Under the pieces are notes generated by a model. It was not told the origin of the DNA and searched no databases. It saw only the letters and a list, made by a program, of their open reading frames with translations. Positions 48,877 through 58,446 of a stretch of DNA of 64,000 nt are shown one piece after another. Source of the stretch: Candidatus Latescibacterota bacterium (GTDB lineage Bacteria; Latescibacterota; UBA2968); NCBI GenBank assembly GCA_038279365.1, contig JAYODI010000004.1, forward strand, positions 21,256 through 85,255, read 5' to 3'. Both the position numbers and the translations under genes were made by a program. How positions within the stretch are numbered: the first letter of the stretch is position 1; every line of letters starts with the position of its first letter.

Positions 48877-50316
48877 TTAGATACGTTGTGGTGTTGGTTT
48901 GCGCCAACTCTTTTTAGGCTCAGTGGCTTCTTCTTGAGCGTTTGTTTCGGCTTCTTCCAGTTGCGGAATGCCGATTACAATGGCTAAAATAAGACAAAAG
49001 GGTTCCATAATACGCACAATGATAAACGTATTGGTCATGGTTGCATGGAACATCATGGCAATTGTTCCCACAAATAACCCTAGTGCAACACCTCTAAATA
49101 AAGGGTCTTTGCCAGTTCTGTATCTGTTCCAAGCCTGTTTAAGGATATTGTACAAAAGCAATATAAACGCAGTAAAACCCAAAATACCCGTTTCTACAAT
49201 AACTTTGAAGTATTGCGCATCTATAAAACGCCATCCATTGACACCCCAACCAATGAGTGGGTGTTCTGGAATAGCTTCAAGTGCATATTTCCAAGACTTG
49301 ATGCGTGCCGAAGACGATGTATCAAAGGTCATACCACCGACTTGTTCTTGTTGGGCAAGTGCCCATTTGTTGTCTTGTTTTTCGGTGGTGTAAAGCAGAC
49401 GTTCAATAACAGCATCGGGCATAATAAATGGTGCCAATGCAATACCCCCAACACCAATGGCTGTGAGCATGATTTTTTGGTTGCTGAAGATCCAAAACAT
49501 AATGGCAACAGGGACTGCAGACAACCAGGTGGCGCGTGAGAGGGTAAATAGAATTGGGATAAACATCAGGAACATCAGGCCGTAAAGCATCATGCGGTGG
49601 GTAAATTTTTCTACGGCCTTTGGGGTCAGCAAAAGGCCACCGACCAAAGAGGTGATGAGTACCAAGTAACCACCCAATGTGTTGGGTTCACCACCTTCTC
49701 CTTCAAATGGGGCCGATACACGCCCGCCACCAGGTATTTGTGCCATGGCAACCAAAGATACGATGGTGGCTGTAATAAGAATGGCCAACAAATAACCACG
49801 GGCTTGGCTTTTGGTTTCTAAGTTGTTGAGCACCATGAAATAGATGACGAAATATTGAAAATATTTGGCAACAAAGAAAAAACCAGAAATTGGATTGCCT
49901 CGGCCAAATAATGCGCCTGTGATGGTGGATATGAGGCAGATAAGAATGTAGGCATTGATATACCGATTTAGAGGGGTCCAAGAGAAGAGACCTACGCGTT
50001 GATACAGGGCACTTTTGGTGAGTTGGGCAAAGCAGATGAGGATGAGGATGAAGTCGTCAACGCGCAGGGTTACACCGCTACCAGAAGTAGACCGACTTCC
50101 AAACTCGGGTGAGAGGAGGGTCGCAAAAATGAGAATGTAAACGGCAATTTGCACATTGACGAAACTAAAAATAAAAATAATAATCCCAGCCACCAACCCA
50201 AACACAAGTAAGATATCCACTTTGTTGATGATGATACCCAGTGGGATTGAAACAAATAGAAGGGAAATAAATAAACCCAGCGCGATGGGGGATATTTGGC
50301 GAAGTGAGTTTGCCAT
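48877..50316 (-). CDS. O-antigen ligase / Wzy polymerase family protein
   Basis: Multi-TM, 'EPNTLGGYL', 'TLSRATW', 'SSSARIKSW...HPLIGWG'; next to wzc. Confidence 0.82.
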   Translation of the reverse strand: MANSLRQISPIALGLFISLLFVSIPLGIIINKVDILLVFGLVAGIIIFIFSFVNVQIAVYILIFATLLSPEFGSRSTSGSGVTLRVDDFILILICFAQLTKSALYQRVGLFSWTPLNRYINAYILICLISTITGALFGRGNPISGFFFVAKYFQYFVIYFMVLNNLETKSQARGYLLAILITATIVSLVAMAQIPGGGRVSAPFEGEGGEPNTLGGYLVLITSLVGGLLLTPKAVEKFTHRMMLYGLMFLMFIPILFTLSRATWLSAVPVAIMFWIFSNQKIMLTAIGVGGIALAPFIMPDAVIERLLYTTEKQDNKWALAQQEQVGGMTFDTSSSARIKSWKYALEAIPEHPLIGWGVNGWRFIDAQYFKVIVETGILGFTAFILLLYNILKQAWNRYRTGKDPLFRGVALGLFVGTIAMMFHATMTNTFIIVRIMEPFCLILAIVIGIPQLEEAETNAQEEATEPKKSWRKPTPQRI

Positions 50317-50410
50317 TATGTTCCTGATAGAGTAAAACTTGTGCCTAAAAATATTTTAAAAATGTAAGATATTTGAATGGCGTTAACAGTGTTGGATAAC
50401 CAATTCTGAA

Positions 50411-53400
50411 TTAACGTGCTTGTGTTGTATTGGGGGCGGGGGTATGGGCTGTTCGTTGTTGATCGAATGCATCTTGGGGGAGAGCGACGATTTGTGCATA
50501 ACCAATATTAAGTGAATTTTTGATGTCTTGCAATGCCTCTTTGGCTTCACTTTTGGTCGAAAATGCACCCAGCAGAACACGATGGAAGGTGCCTTTGTTT
50601 GGTATGTGGGCTCTGACAATATGTACTGTATAGCCTTGTGTACGTAATTTTTGGGCTTCTCTTTTGGCTGAAGATTCAATGGAATGAGAAGATACATGAA
50701 CGCCGTACTGGGCATTGTTGTGGTTTTTATGGGGTGTTTGGCGCATTGCGCGTTTGCTGATTTGAGTGTGTTGGTTGTTGGCAACAGGATGCATGGTTAA
50801 GGGTTGGGTCGTTTTGTTAACTTGTGCTGTTTCCAAACGGTGTTGTTCTATGTTTTTGCTGGATTGTGCTGGTTCTTCTTTGGTCTTAGGTTCTTCTTTG
50901 ATCTTAGGTTCTACTTTGGTCTTAGGTTCTTCTTCTTGCAGAGTTTTAGGAGCGTCTGTTGGTGTCTCATTTTTCTGTGTTTCGGATGGTGTAGGTGCCT
51001 CTGTTTTTGATGGACGTTGAGGCATGGCGATGGGGGCCTCAGTGGTGTGTGAGTTCCTTGGCAAAACCCCAATTTGCCATAAAATACCCGCGGTGAGAAA
51101 TGCAAAGATAAACACCCATAGACTGATGTTCAATATTTTAGAAGTGATGTCAGATTCTAATTCTTCTTCAGGTTCATCGTTAACTTCACTGCTGTTTAGG
51201 GGCAAGCGTTCCTTAATCATTTGAATGAGAGGCATCACTTGCTGTTGTGTTTGTTTCCAACTTTGTTCCATTTGGCGTTTGGTACGGTTGTAGAAGCGAA
51301 CAATGGCCGGTCCACTGTCATCTTCCGAGTTGGAGCCATAGGTGTAGTAGGAGTAGTAGCGAAGGTCTTTAAAATCTTCACTGACATCGGCTCGAAGACC
51401 ATTGATAACCACGCCCAATGTGGTTACACCCACGTTGTCTAATTGCAGTTTGGCTCTACGCAAAGCACTGCGAGACACATTCCCAATTTTGTAAACCAAG
51501 AGCACACCATCCACTTTTGTGCCCAGCACGGTGGCATCTGTGGCTTGAAGAACTGGGGGCGCATCGACAATAACCACATCGTAGGCTTCTTTGGCTTCTT
51601 GCAAAAATTCTGTCATGCGACGTGAATCTGTTATTTCGGCGGGGTTGGGAGGCAAGACGCCACAGGTGATGATGTTGAGATTGTCCATACCTGCTGTCAT
51701 CATGATGTCATCCATGCCCAAGCCGCCCACCATAATGTCTGTGACTGTGCGCACCACTTCACGCCAGGTGTAGTTGCCCAAAATGACATCGGTGATACCG
51801 GGTTCGCGTTCGAGGCCAAAGATGCGGTTGACGGTTGGGCGGCGAAGGTCACCATCAACGAGCAAGACACGGTTGCCAGCTTGGGCCAATGTAACGGCAA
51901 GGTTGGCTGAGGTGGTACTTTTACCTTCTTGGTGAGATGAACTGGTCAGACAGATAACCTTGGCACCTTTTTCAAGGTTGGCAAATTGGATATTGGTGCG
52001 TAGAGCACGATAGCTTTCTGCAAGTGTGGATTGGGGTTCAAAGTGTGTAGAAAGTCTTAAGCGTCTTTCAACCAACTCAATATCAACTGGGCCACCCAAA
52101 CGGGTTTCCATTGCTTCTTGCATGCTTTCGATGTCCATTTGTGGGATAATGCCCACAACGGGCACCTCAAGATATTCTTCAACATCTTCAATGGTTCCAA
52201 TAGAGGTATCGAGGGTTTCGGCAATGAATGCGGCCACGACGCCAATGATAAGCCCCAAGAGGGCACCCACGCCAGCAATGGTTCGGGGGGTAGATGGGTT
52301 AATGGGCGCACGAGGCAATAGTGCGGGTTGTAAAATGGTTACTTCTGAGACTTCACCAGATTCATCAATTTGGGATTGTTGATACTGCTCTTCAATTTGA
52401 TTGAGCAATTTGGATTGTACTTCTACATTGCGATACAGTTCTTCAAGTTGTATGCCCAATGCGGGAAGTTGTTTGAAGCGTTCGTCGAGATTGTCTACTT
52501 CTGTTTTTATAAGGTCAACTCTTTTTTCTAATACGTCACGCTGTGCTTTTAGGGCGGCTTGCATTTCACCGATGGTGATGCGTTTGATATTGTCTAAAGT
52601 CACCACGTCGGGGTGGCGTTCTGTGTATTTGATGAGCAATTGATTGCGCTGTTGATTTAAGCTTTGCAATTTGTTGAGCCGTTCTACAAAGCGAGGACCA
52701 CCTTCTTCGGGAGGGAAGCTGGTGAGATCACTTTCTTGGACTTGGTCACCCGCGGCGAGCAATTTGGTCAGGCTGGTGTGAATGGTATTCAGGCTTTCTT
52801 GGCGCTCTTTTGCACGGCGCAGGTCATTTAACACTTGGCTTGTGGCTGCCGAAATGGAAATGATATGTGTTTCTTCTTGAAACTGTTTGAGCTTTTCTTG
52901 TGCATCTTGGAGTTTTTGATTTACGCGTTGGCGCTGAGTGGTAATAAATTTTCGGGCGTTGACCAGCTTGGCATTACGCATTTCATGATTATAAGACTGA
53001 TAAACTTCGGCCACAGTATTGGCCAGTTCTCTGGCTCGAAACTTATCGCCATCTGTAATTGAGATGGCAATGATGTTGGTGAGTCCTTCAACGGATGTGA
53101 CGATTTGACCACGCAATGAATTGATGGCGTTAAAGCGTTGTTCTTCTGTGGCTTTGACAGGGTCGAGCATATCCATTTTGACGGCAATACGTTCGGCAAC
53201 TTCGTAGCTTCTGATGACTTCTTGTTGTGTGGCAAGATCATCAGAACCCGATAGGGCAAAGGTATAAGCTTCTTCGGCAGATTGTGCGCGTTCGTATTGA
53301 ATTTTGGTTTCTGCGCGATATTTGGGCGTTGGCTTAGAATAGTATGCCGTTGCAAAACTGGTAAGCCCCAACATCACTGTGGCAAAGAGGATGTAGAGCT

Positions 53401-53455
53401 TGCGTTTGCGGATAATGCGCCAGTAGTCGCGCAATGTGACATCGTATTGAGCCAT
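50411..53455 (-). CDS. wzc: Wzc polysaccharide co-polymerase/tyrosine autokinase with extra TM and C-terminal SPOR domain
   Basis: 'LRDYWRII' Wzz start, coiled coil, TM2, 'ESYRALRTNI', Walker A 'QEGKST', 'VDGDLRRP', 'VDAPP', Tyr cluster YYSYYTY, then TM3 and SPOR-like 'YGVHVSS...HRVLLGAFSTKSEA'. Confidence 0.9.
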   Translation of the reverse strand: MAQYDVTLRDYWRIIRKRKLYILFATVMLGLTSFATAYYSKPTPKYRAETKIQYERAQSAEEAYTFALSGSDDLATQQEVIRSYEVAERIAVKMDMLDPVKATEEQRFNAINSLRGQIVTSVEGLTNIIAISITDGDKFRARELANTVAEVYQSYNHEMRNAKLVNARKFITTQRQRVNQKLQDAQEKLKQFQEETHIISISAATSQVLNDLRRAKERQESLNTIHTSLTKLLAAGDQVQESDLTSFPPEEGGPRFVERLNKLQSLNQQRNQLLIKYTERHPDVVTLDNIKRITIGEMQAALKAQRDVLEKRVDLIKTEVDNLDERFKQLPALGIQLEELYRNVEVQSKLLNQIEEQYQQSQIDESGEVSEVTILQPALLPRAPINPSTPRTIAGVGALLGLIIGVVAAFIAETLDTSIGTIEDVEEYLEVPVVGIIPQMDIESMQEAMETRLGGPVDIELVERRLRLSTHFEPQSTLAESYRALRTNIQFANLEKGAKVICLTSSSHQEGKSTTSANLAVTLAQAGNRVLLVDGDLRRPTVNRIFGLEREPGITDVILGNYTWREVVRTVTDIMVGGLGMDDIMMTAGMDNLNIITCGVLPPNPAEITDSRRMTEFLQEAKEAYDVVIVDAPPVLQATDATVLGTKVDGVLLVYKIGNVSRSALRRAKLQLDNVGVTTLGVVINGLRADVSEDFKDLRYYSYYTYGSNSEDDSGPAIVRFYNRTKRQMEQSWKQTQQQVMPLIQMIKERLPLNSSEVNDEPEEELESDITSKILNISLWVFIFAFLTAGILWQIGVLPRNSHTTEAPIAMPQRPSKTEAPTPSETQKNETPTDAPKTLQEEEPKTKVEPKIKEEPKTKEEPAQSSKNIEQHRLETAQVNKTTQPLTMHPVANNQHTQISKRAMRQTPHKNHNNAQYGVHVSSHSIESSAKREAQKLRTQGYTVHIVRAHIPNKGTFHRVLLGAFSTKSEAKEALQDIKNSLNIGYAQIVALPQDAFDQQRTAHTPAPNTTQAR
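50871..50934. repeat. 18-bp tandem repeat (~3.5 copies) in the wzc linker
   Basis: GGTTCTTCTTTGGTCTTA / GGTTCTTCTTTGATCTTA / GGTTCTACTTTGGTCTTA / GGTTCTTCTT, encoding EEPKTK-VEPKIK-EEPKTK-EEP. Confidence 0.9.
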
Positions 53456-53482
53456 AACAAAAGAATCTTTATAAAACGGGTT

Positions 53483-53513
53483 AAAGTGACCTTCCTAAAA
53501 GGGAGGTCACTTT
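53483..53513. terminator. Hairpin between wza and wzc (attenuator or mRNA stabiliser)
   Basis: AAAGTGACCTTCCT-AAA-AGGGAGGTCACTTT, one mismatch, only a short U tail on the minus strand. Confidence 0.5.
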
Positions 53514-53533
53514 TGCATTTGGCCTATGAGCCG

Positions 53534-54799
53534 TTAGCGTTGGGTTTCTTTTTTTAGGTTTTTCTGTATTTGTTCCAAAATACGCTTTTCTGCTTCTAAG
53601 TCTCTGTTTGCATTTTGAGGTAGAAGGCTTGTAGATAATGTTTCCGATACACCTGCATTTGTCAAGCCTGCTGCGGATTGATCAGAGCCTTGCAAATTCC
53701 AATTGTATCCACTTAATGCAACGGCAGGGCCGGTGGAAAGTAGGCCACCAAAGTTGATGAGCGGGCTGATTTCTTGGAGCATTTCACTCAAGTCATACAT
53801 ATAGGCTTGTGGCACAACAACAATGTCGCCATCCAAAAGGAATATGTTTTGTGAAAGATCACCTTTGAGAATGCGTTGGGCATTCACTGTAATAATCTCA
53901 GGGTTGTTGCGATCAAGGTTGGTGCGGATGATGCGTATGCGATTGGGGGCTGCTTGTTGGGTAAATCCGTTTGCTGCTGAGATGGCCTCAAGCATGGTGC
54001 TTTGGTTTGACAAGTTGGCAATGCCAGGTTCAGATACTTCGCCCAAAATAGCAACGCGTCTGTCTGATTGTTGGGTGCCCGTAATTTGGAGAACATCACC
54101 GTCTTGCAATATGACGTTTTGACGTGTATCTCCAATGGTTACAGCCTTTTGTAAATCAAGTTGATATGTTTTGTTGTTGCGGGTCAGGCGTGCTTGATCG
54201 AGGCGTGCGTCAGGAGCAGGGCCACCTGCTTGCATAATGAGTTCTAAGGCTGTTCGATAACCTTCTAAGGCATAAATGCCTGGACCAATGCGACTGCCTC
54301 CAACATTGGACCCTACATTGAGATTGATGGCACCAAATACAGACGCTTTGCGACTGTTGTAGCTTTGAATGAACACTTGAATTTGTGGGGAGTGAATGTA
54401 TAACTCAAGCTGTTCTCGCAACTTTTTGGTGACTTCTGACAGGGTCAGGTTGCGAACAGGAATGGCTGTTAAGATAGAAAATGAGACTGTGCCATCGGGT
54501 TGAACGCGCACGCGTTCTGTTCGGCGATCTGTGCCTTCTACCGTAATGATTTCGAGCACGTCACCTGGGCCTATTTTGTATTCGGGAAAGCCATCGATGA
54601 TTTTGAAAGGGAGGCGTTCGGGTGTGTTTTCAACTGTGTCTCCTTTTGCATCGACAAAAACGGGCAGGTCGTAAGAAGGTGTGGCAGTGGATTGGGCTTG
54701 GATTGCTAAGGGGGAGAGCAAGTGCCAAGCCCATCCAGTTGCCAGGGCCAGTAACATGGGGAGGACTGGCTTCATTCGATTGACTTTTTGAGGGTCCAT
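53534..54799 (-). CDS. wza: Polysaccharide export protein (Wza/OPX; Poly_export plus SLBB domains)
   Basis: 'YKIGPGDVL', 'VQPDGTVSF', SLBB 'LGEVSEPG...LEAISAANG...LLDGDIVVVP'. Confidence 0.88.
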   Translation of the reverse strand: MDPQKVNRMKPVLPMLLALATGWAWHLLSPLAIQAQSTATPSYDLPVFVDAKGDTVENTPERLPFKIIDGFPEYKIGPGDVLEIITVEGTDRRTERVRVQPDGTVSFSILTAIPVRNLTLSEVTKKLREQLELYIHSPQIQVFIQSYNSRKASVFGAINLNVGSNVGGSRIGPGIYALEGYRTALELIMQAGGPAPDARLDQARLTRNNKTYQLDLQKAVTIGDTRQNVILQDGDVLQITGTQQSDRRVAILGEVSEPGIANLSNQSTMLEAISAANGFTQQAAPNRIRIIRTNLDRNNPEIITVNAQRILKGDLSQNIFLLDGDIVVVPQAYMYDLSEMLQEISPLINFGGLLSTGPAVALSGYNWNLQGSDQSAAGLTNAGVSETLSTSLLPQNANRDLEAEKRILEQIQKNLKKETQR

Positions 54800-54848
54800 G
54801 TCTAACTCTGTTCAGTTTTGAAGGGTGTGTAGTCTTGTTTGTGTTCTA

Positions 54849-54877
54849 ATTTTACAAAACTAAACAAAAAAAGTCAA
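54849..54877 (-). promoter_or_regulatory. Sigma70-type promoter of wza-wzc
   Basis: Minus strand TTGACT-N17-TAAAAT, 50 bp upstream of the wza ATG. Confidence 0.7.
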
Positions 54878-54987
54878 CAAAAATAAACAAAACTAAACTT
54901 AAATTTAAGGCAATTAAAAACAACATTTTATGCAAAATCTAGAAAAAATAAAATTTAAAATAGAAAAAAATAGACTAAAAAATAGAA

Positions 54988-55710
54988 TTATTGAACGGAA
55001 GGAGGGGCAATGGAGGGAGGTGGAGAAAGTGTTGGGTTGTTTTTTAAGGAGTCTTGTGATGCTTCGGCTATTTGTCGCAGTTGTTGGCGAAACCGCTCTA
55101 TTCGGGTGATGGCCACCTGACGGTCTAAATATTGCCCTGTTTTGTAACCCAGTATGGCACTGGCAGTGCTGCCAAGGACAAATGTAGACCAAAACGCAAT
55201 TCGTCCTTTTGTGTGCCCAGAATTATTTCCCGTAAGCTTAATTGGAGCAATCTGATCTTGCATAAAGGTGGCGCCTAAAAAACTAATGGTGGTACCGAGG
55301 AGGCCAATGTTTGTGAGCATATGACGGCGATGGTTGCTACGATGGTTAATGCGAATTTCTTCATTGGATATCAGCTTTTTTTGACTGTCTAAGGTCCCAG
55401 ATACTTTCACGTTGACGACTTCCGACCAAGGTATTGTGGTACCAAAACGTGCCACTTCAACAGGTCTTTGGGTTTTGGTTTGTTTGGGTGTTCGGATGAC
55501 AATGGTGACTTGATCTAAGTAGATCGTGCGGCCTGAATAAACGGTTCCATCTTTCATCAAAAGTTTGACACCGTCACCCACGCGCAGTTTGGCGGGATAA
55601 GGGGGAGATATGACAACAAATGAGGTACAAGAGACAAGTGATAAGGCCATGGCAAGCAAGACACAAATCGATATTGAACATTTAGATTGAGAAATATATT
55701 TGATTTTCAT
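54988..55710 (-). CDS. Hypothetical lipoprotein/membrane protein
   Basis: Lipobox-like 'ALSLVSC', two later hydrophobic Gly-rich helices; ATGA-coupled to the nucleotidyltransferase. Confidence 0.7.
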   Translation of the reverse strand: MKIKYISQSKCSISICVLLAMALSLVSCTSFVVISPPYPAKLRVGDGVKLLMKDGTVYSGRTIYLDQVTIVIRTPKQTKTQRPVEVARFGTTIPWSEVVNVKVSGTLDSQKKLISNEEIRINHRSNHRRHMLTNIGLLGTTISFLGATFMQDQIAPIKLTGNNSGHTKGRIAFWSTFVLGSTASAILGYKTGQYLDRQVAITRIERFRQQLRQIAEASQDSLKNNPTLSPPPSIAPPSVQ

Positions 55711-56864
55711 GATGAACGCTTACCCATTAGACGAAAGACAAGTTTGATTAATTGTATGGTGCCCAAGCTTAATAATTGAACAATGCGATAGGGATATGAA
55801 AGCCAATAAAGTCGGCCCGTTAAACCTGAGATTTGTTGGAGTGCTTCGGGCTTGGGAAATGCAAAAGCTATAAGGAATTTAACTTGATCTATCCGTTTGG
55901 AAAATTGCTGACTCAATACCAAAGGCTCTAACATTTGAAAATGTCCCGGGAGGGGGGAAGCACACAGTATTTTACGCCTGATTGGGCCAATAGGGAAGGA
56001 CTTTTGTAGTTTGTGAACGGGTTTTGGTAGGCTTTGTGCTAAGTGAATTTTCAATGCGTGTAGTGTGAGCGATAAGATATTGGTTGTGTTGTATGTTTGG
56101 CAATGTTTTTCAATGTGTGGCCAAGTATTGTTTTGACAACAAACTTTGAGGCTGTATAATATATCAAAAAGCCAAATATGTCTTTCGTAACCGTGTTTTA
56201 GGGCGTGAACGGATAGGGTTAAGATTTGGTCGGGGGGGCTAAGCATCAAGAGGTTGTGTGAGGTGGCTCTTAGGGGGATTGCATTTTGCCACAACTGTTC
56301 AAGTTGGATAGGGACGGCTTGGAGGCGTTGTTGAATTCTGTTTGCGTGAAATGGATCTGTGTGAATATCGAAGATCACGTTGTCTTTTGCATAGATGTCG
56401 GGGTATTGTTCGGGCGATCTATACTGCTGGGTGTAAAGACATTGTTTTAGGATATGAAGATGTTCTGGTTTTACGAGAATGTCTATATCTGTCATTGGGC
56501 GAAAAGCAGGGTTGATATAGACGTGCTCGATAAGGGCAGGGCCTTTCAAGATGAGTAACGGTATGTCTGGGGATAGGTCGTTGCGCAGTCTCTCTATGGC
56601 TTGTAGATTGCGTAAATTATGAGACAATGTTCTGTAATAGGCGAGTTTGAACTTTTGAGCAATTGAAGATGGCACATCATCTAATAGATTGGATAAATGC
56701 AGACCTTGGTATATAAGAGGAACAAGGCCATGTCTTTGGGCATGGCGGTAAAGCATTTCAGGCGATGGGCACTGAAGATGGTCCTTGTTCAGTGCTTTTG
56801 TATTTTTGCCTGTTATGGCAATATCTACCAGTTGGGCAGTTAATTTTGTAATAGAGGATGGCAT
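55707..56864 (-). CDS. NTP_transf_5 family nucleotidyltransferase
   Basis: 'AQRHGLVPL', 'LILKGPAL...Y...RPMTDIDILV', 'DIH', 'HALKH...WLFDI'. Start moved to MPSSIT (56864). Confidence 0.85.
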   Translation of the reverse strand: MPSSITKLTAQLVDIAITGKNTKALNKDHLQCPSPEMLYRHAQRHGLVPLIYQGLHLSNLLDDVPSSIAQKFKLAYYRTLSHNLRNLQAIERLRNDLSPDIPLLILKGPALIEHVYINPAFRPMTDIDILVKPEHLHILKQCLYTQQYRSPEQYPDIYAKDNVIFDIHTDPFHANRIQQRLQAVPIQLEQLWQNAIPLRATSHNLLMLSPPDQILTLSVHALKHGYERHIWLFDILYSLKVCCQNNTWPHIEKHCQTYNTTNILSLTLHALKIHLAQSLPKPVHKLQKSFPIGPIRRKILCASPLPGHFQMLEPLVLSQQFSKRIDQVKFLIAFAFPKPEALQQISGLTGRLYWLSYPYRIVQLLSLGTIQLIKLVFRLMGKRSS

Positions 56865-56865
56865 C

Positions 56866-58125
56866 GTGATATCTGTCTTTAACTCAAATGAAACGCGATT
56901 TGTGTGGCAACATCTCATATGGGCCGGATTTGTTCAGTTCTTGATCGTTTTGGCCACATTGCCTCTGCCTGAAATGGGTGATTTGACCATGTATAAGCTG
57001 TGGGCAAATGAGATTTATGATGAAGGGATTTATGCTGCATATACAGGCCCCCATATCCAGTTTGATCAATATCCTCTCTATTTGTATGTCAGCAAGTTTG
57101 TCGGTGGCGTTTATCAAATATCTGGTTTGTATGATTTGTTTGGGACGTGGAGTCGTGCCCTGTCTTTATTGCTCAAATGTGCAATGGTGGCATGTCACCT
57201 TGCCACAGCACTATTGGTTTATCATTTGGCAAGGGTGATGGGATATGGTTCTGAAACGGCCCAAACTTGTTTTATGGTGTTTGTGTGGAATCCCGGAATT
57301 TTAATTGCAACAGTGCTATATGGTTATCAAGATGCATTTCATACCTTGCTGTTGGCGGGGGGCTTGTTTTGTTTGTTTTCCTATAAAATGAACTGGGCTT
57401 GGGTCTTTTGTGCACTGATTTTTATGACCAAACCGCAAGCGGCGGTTTATTTGGGTCCCATAGGTTTTTACGGCATTTTTCGATACGGTTGGTCATGGGG
57501 GCTACGAGCGATCGGGGTGGCGCTTGTGGTTTGGGCCATTGTGCTGAGTCCTTTTTGGATATATGGTGATTTGTGGGGTGTGTTCAATATGTATTTGGGC
57601 ACAGCCAATGTTCACGAATGGTTGACAGGTTATGCCCATAATTTTTGGTGGTTGTTTGAACCAGTTCCTGCGTTTACCAGTGACCGATTGCCCATCCTTT
57701 GGGGGTGGAATGGTTTGCAAATTGGGCTTGTGGTCTTCGCAGGGATTACGACTGTCGTTTGTTTCTCTTTATACAAAAAGACATCTGCGGTGTCTTTGGT
57801 TGATGCGTGTGGGCTTGTGGGGTTGACGTTGTTTATGGTATTGACAGAGATTCATGAAAATCACCATTATGCTGTGTTTTTGTTTTTGGCATTGTTGGCA
57901 CGTTCAAAGGGGTTTCGTTGGATGTATTATATTTTAAGTTTGACTTTTGCTGTTAATTTGATGGCTGCGAAGCAGTGGTTGGAAACGGAGTCGATTTTGG
58001 AAATTGGTTTTTTGCGTTTGGATACGATCAATGCCATGATCAATGGTTTGGCATTTCTGTTTTGGCTCTACCTGTTTTTTGTTCAACAAAAAGAAGTGAA
58101 CCAACAGGATAATTTGGTGTCATAA
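56866..58125 (+). CDS. GT-C-like integral membrane glycosyltransferase (GT87/ALG-like)
   Basis: 'GDLTMY..W', 'QYPLYLY', 'WNPG', 'GYQD', 'TKPQ', 'IHENH'; multi-TM. Start inferred at GTG 56866 after GAGGA (ORF track gives 56785). Confidence 0.7.
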   Translation: MISVFNSNETRFVWQHLIWAGFVQFLIVLATLPLPEMGDLTMYKLWANEIYDEGIYAAYTGPHIQFDQYPLYLYVSKFVGGVYQISGLYDLFGTWSRALSLLLKCAMVACHLATALLVYHLARVMGYGSETAQTCFMVFVWNPGILIATVLYGYQDAFHTLLLAGGLFCLFSYKMNWAWVFCALIFMTKPQAAVYLGPIGFYGIFRYGWSWGLRAIGVALVVWAIVLSPFWIYGDLWGVFNMYLGTANVHEWLTGYAHNFWWLFEPVPAFTSDRLPILWGWNGLQIGLVVFAGITTVVCFSLYKKTSAVSLVDACGLVGLTLFMVLTEIHENHHYAVFLFLALLARSKGFRWMYYILSLTFAVNLMAAKQWLETESILEIGFLRLDTINAMINGLAFLFWLYLFFVQQKEVNQQDNLVS

Positions 58126-58445
58126 TGCGTCATTATTTAACAAAATGGGTCGATGCATTAAATCTGTTGCATGTCGATCTGACAGACTTTTTGACGGATC
58201 GACAAATTGGTAAAATGGAAGATCGCCCCGTGATGTTGCATCAGTTTGCACAATTTTTGGCAGGGTATTATCGCCACGTGAATGGGCGCCATGTTGCCAT
58301 TTATGTGGATAGTTGGGTGTCTTTAAATGGACGGCCTTACCAAAGATTGGTTGATGGAGACCGAGATTTGGGCAATACGCCATTCAGCTTGATTGCGTCA
58401 GCCAATTGGATTTTAAAATTGAACGACAGTGAAGAATGGGATTGA
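58125..58445 (+). pseudogene. Isolated C-terminal fragment of an HTTM/vitamin K-dependent gamma-carboxylase-like protein
   Basis: 'FLTDRQ...M...PVMLHQFAQFLA...IYVDSWVSLNGRPYQRLVD' resembles the C-terminus of bacterial VKGC-like proteins; the N-terminal membrane part is absent. Could be a functional stand-alone domain. Confidence 0.55.
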
Positions 58446-58446
58446 T

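Noticed and set aside
48719-48907. 62-aa minus-strand ORF after the Wzy/ligase gene
   Set aside because: Runs through the terminator hairpin and has no protein-like features.
50332-50346. Sigma54 promoter upstream of the Wzy/ligase gene (AGGCACAAGTTTTAC on -)
   Set aside because: Good -24 half, but the -12 reads TTAC instead of TTGC and it lies very close to the start codon.
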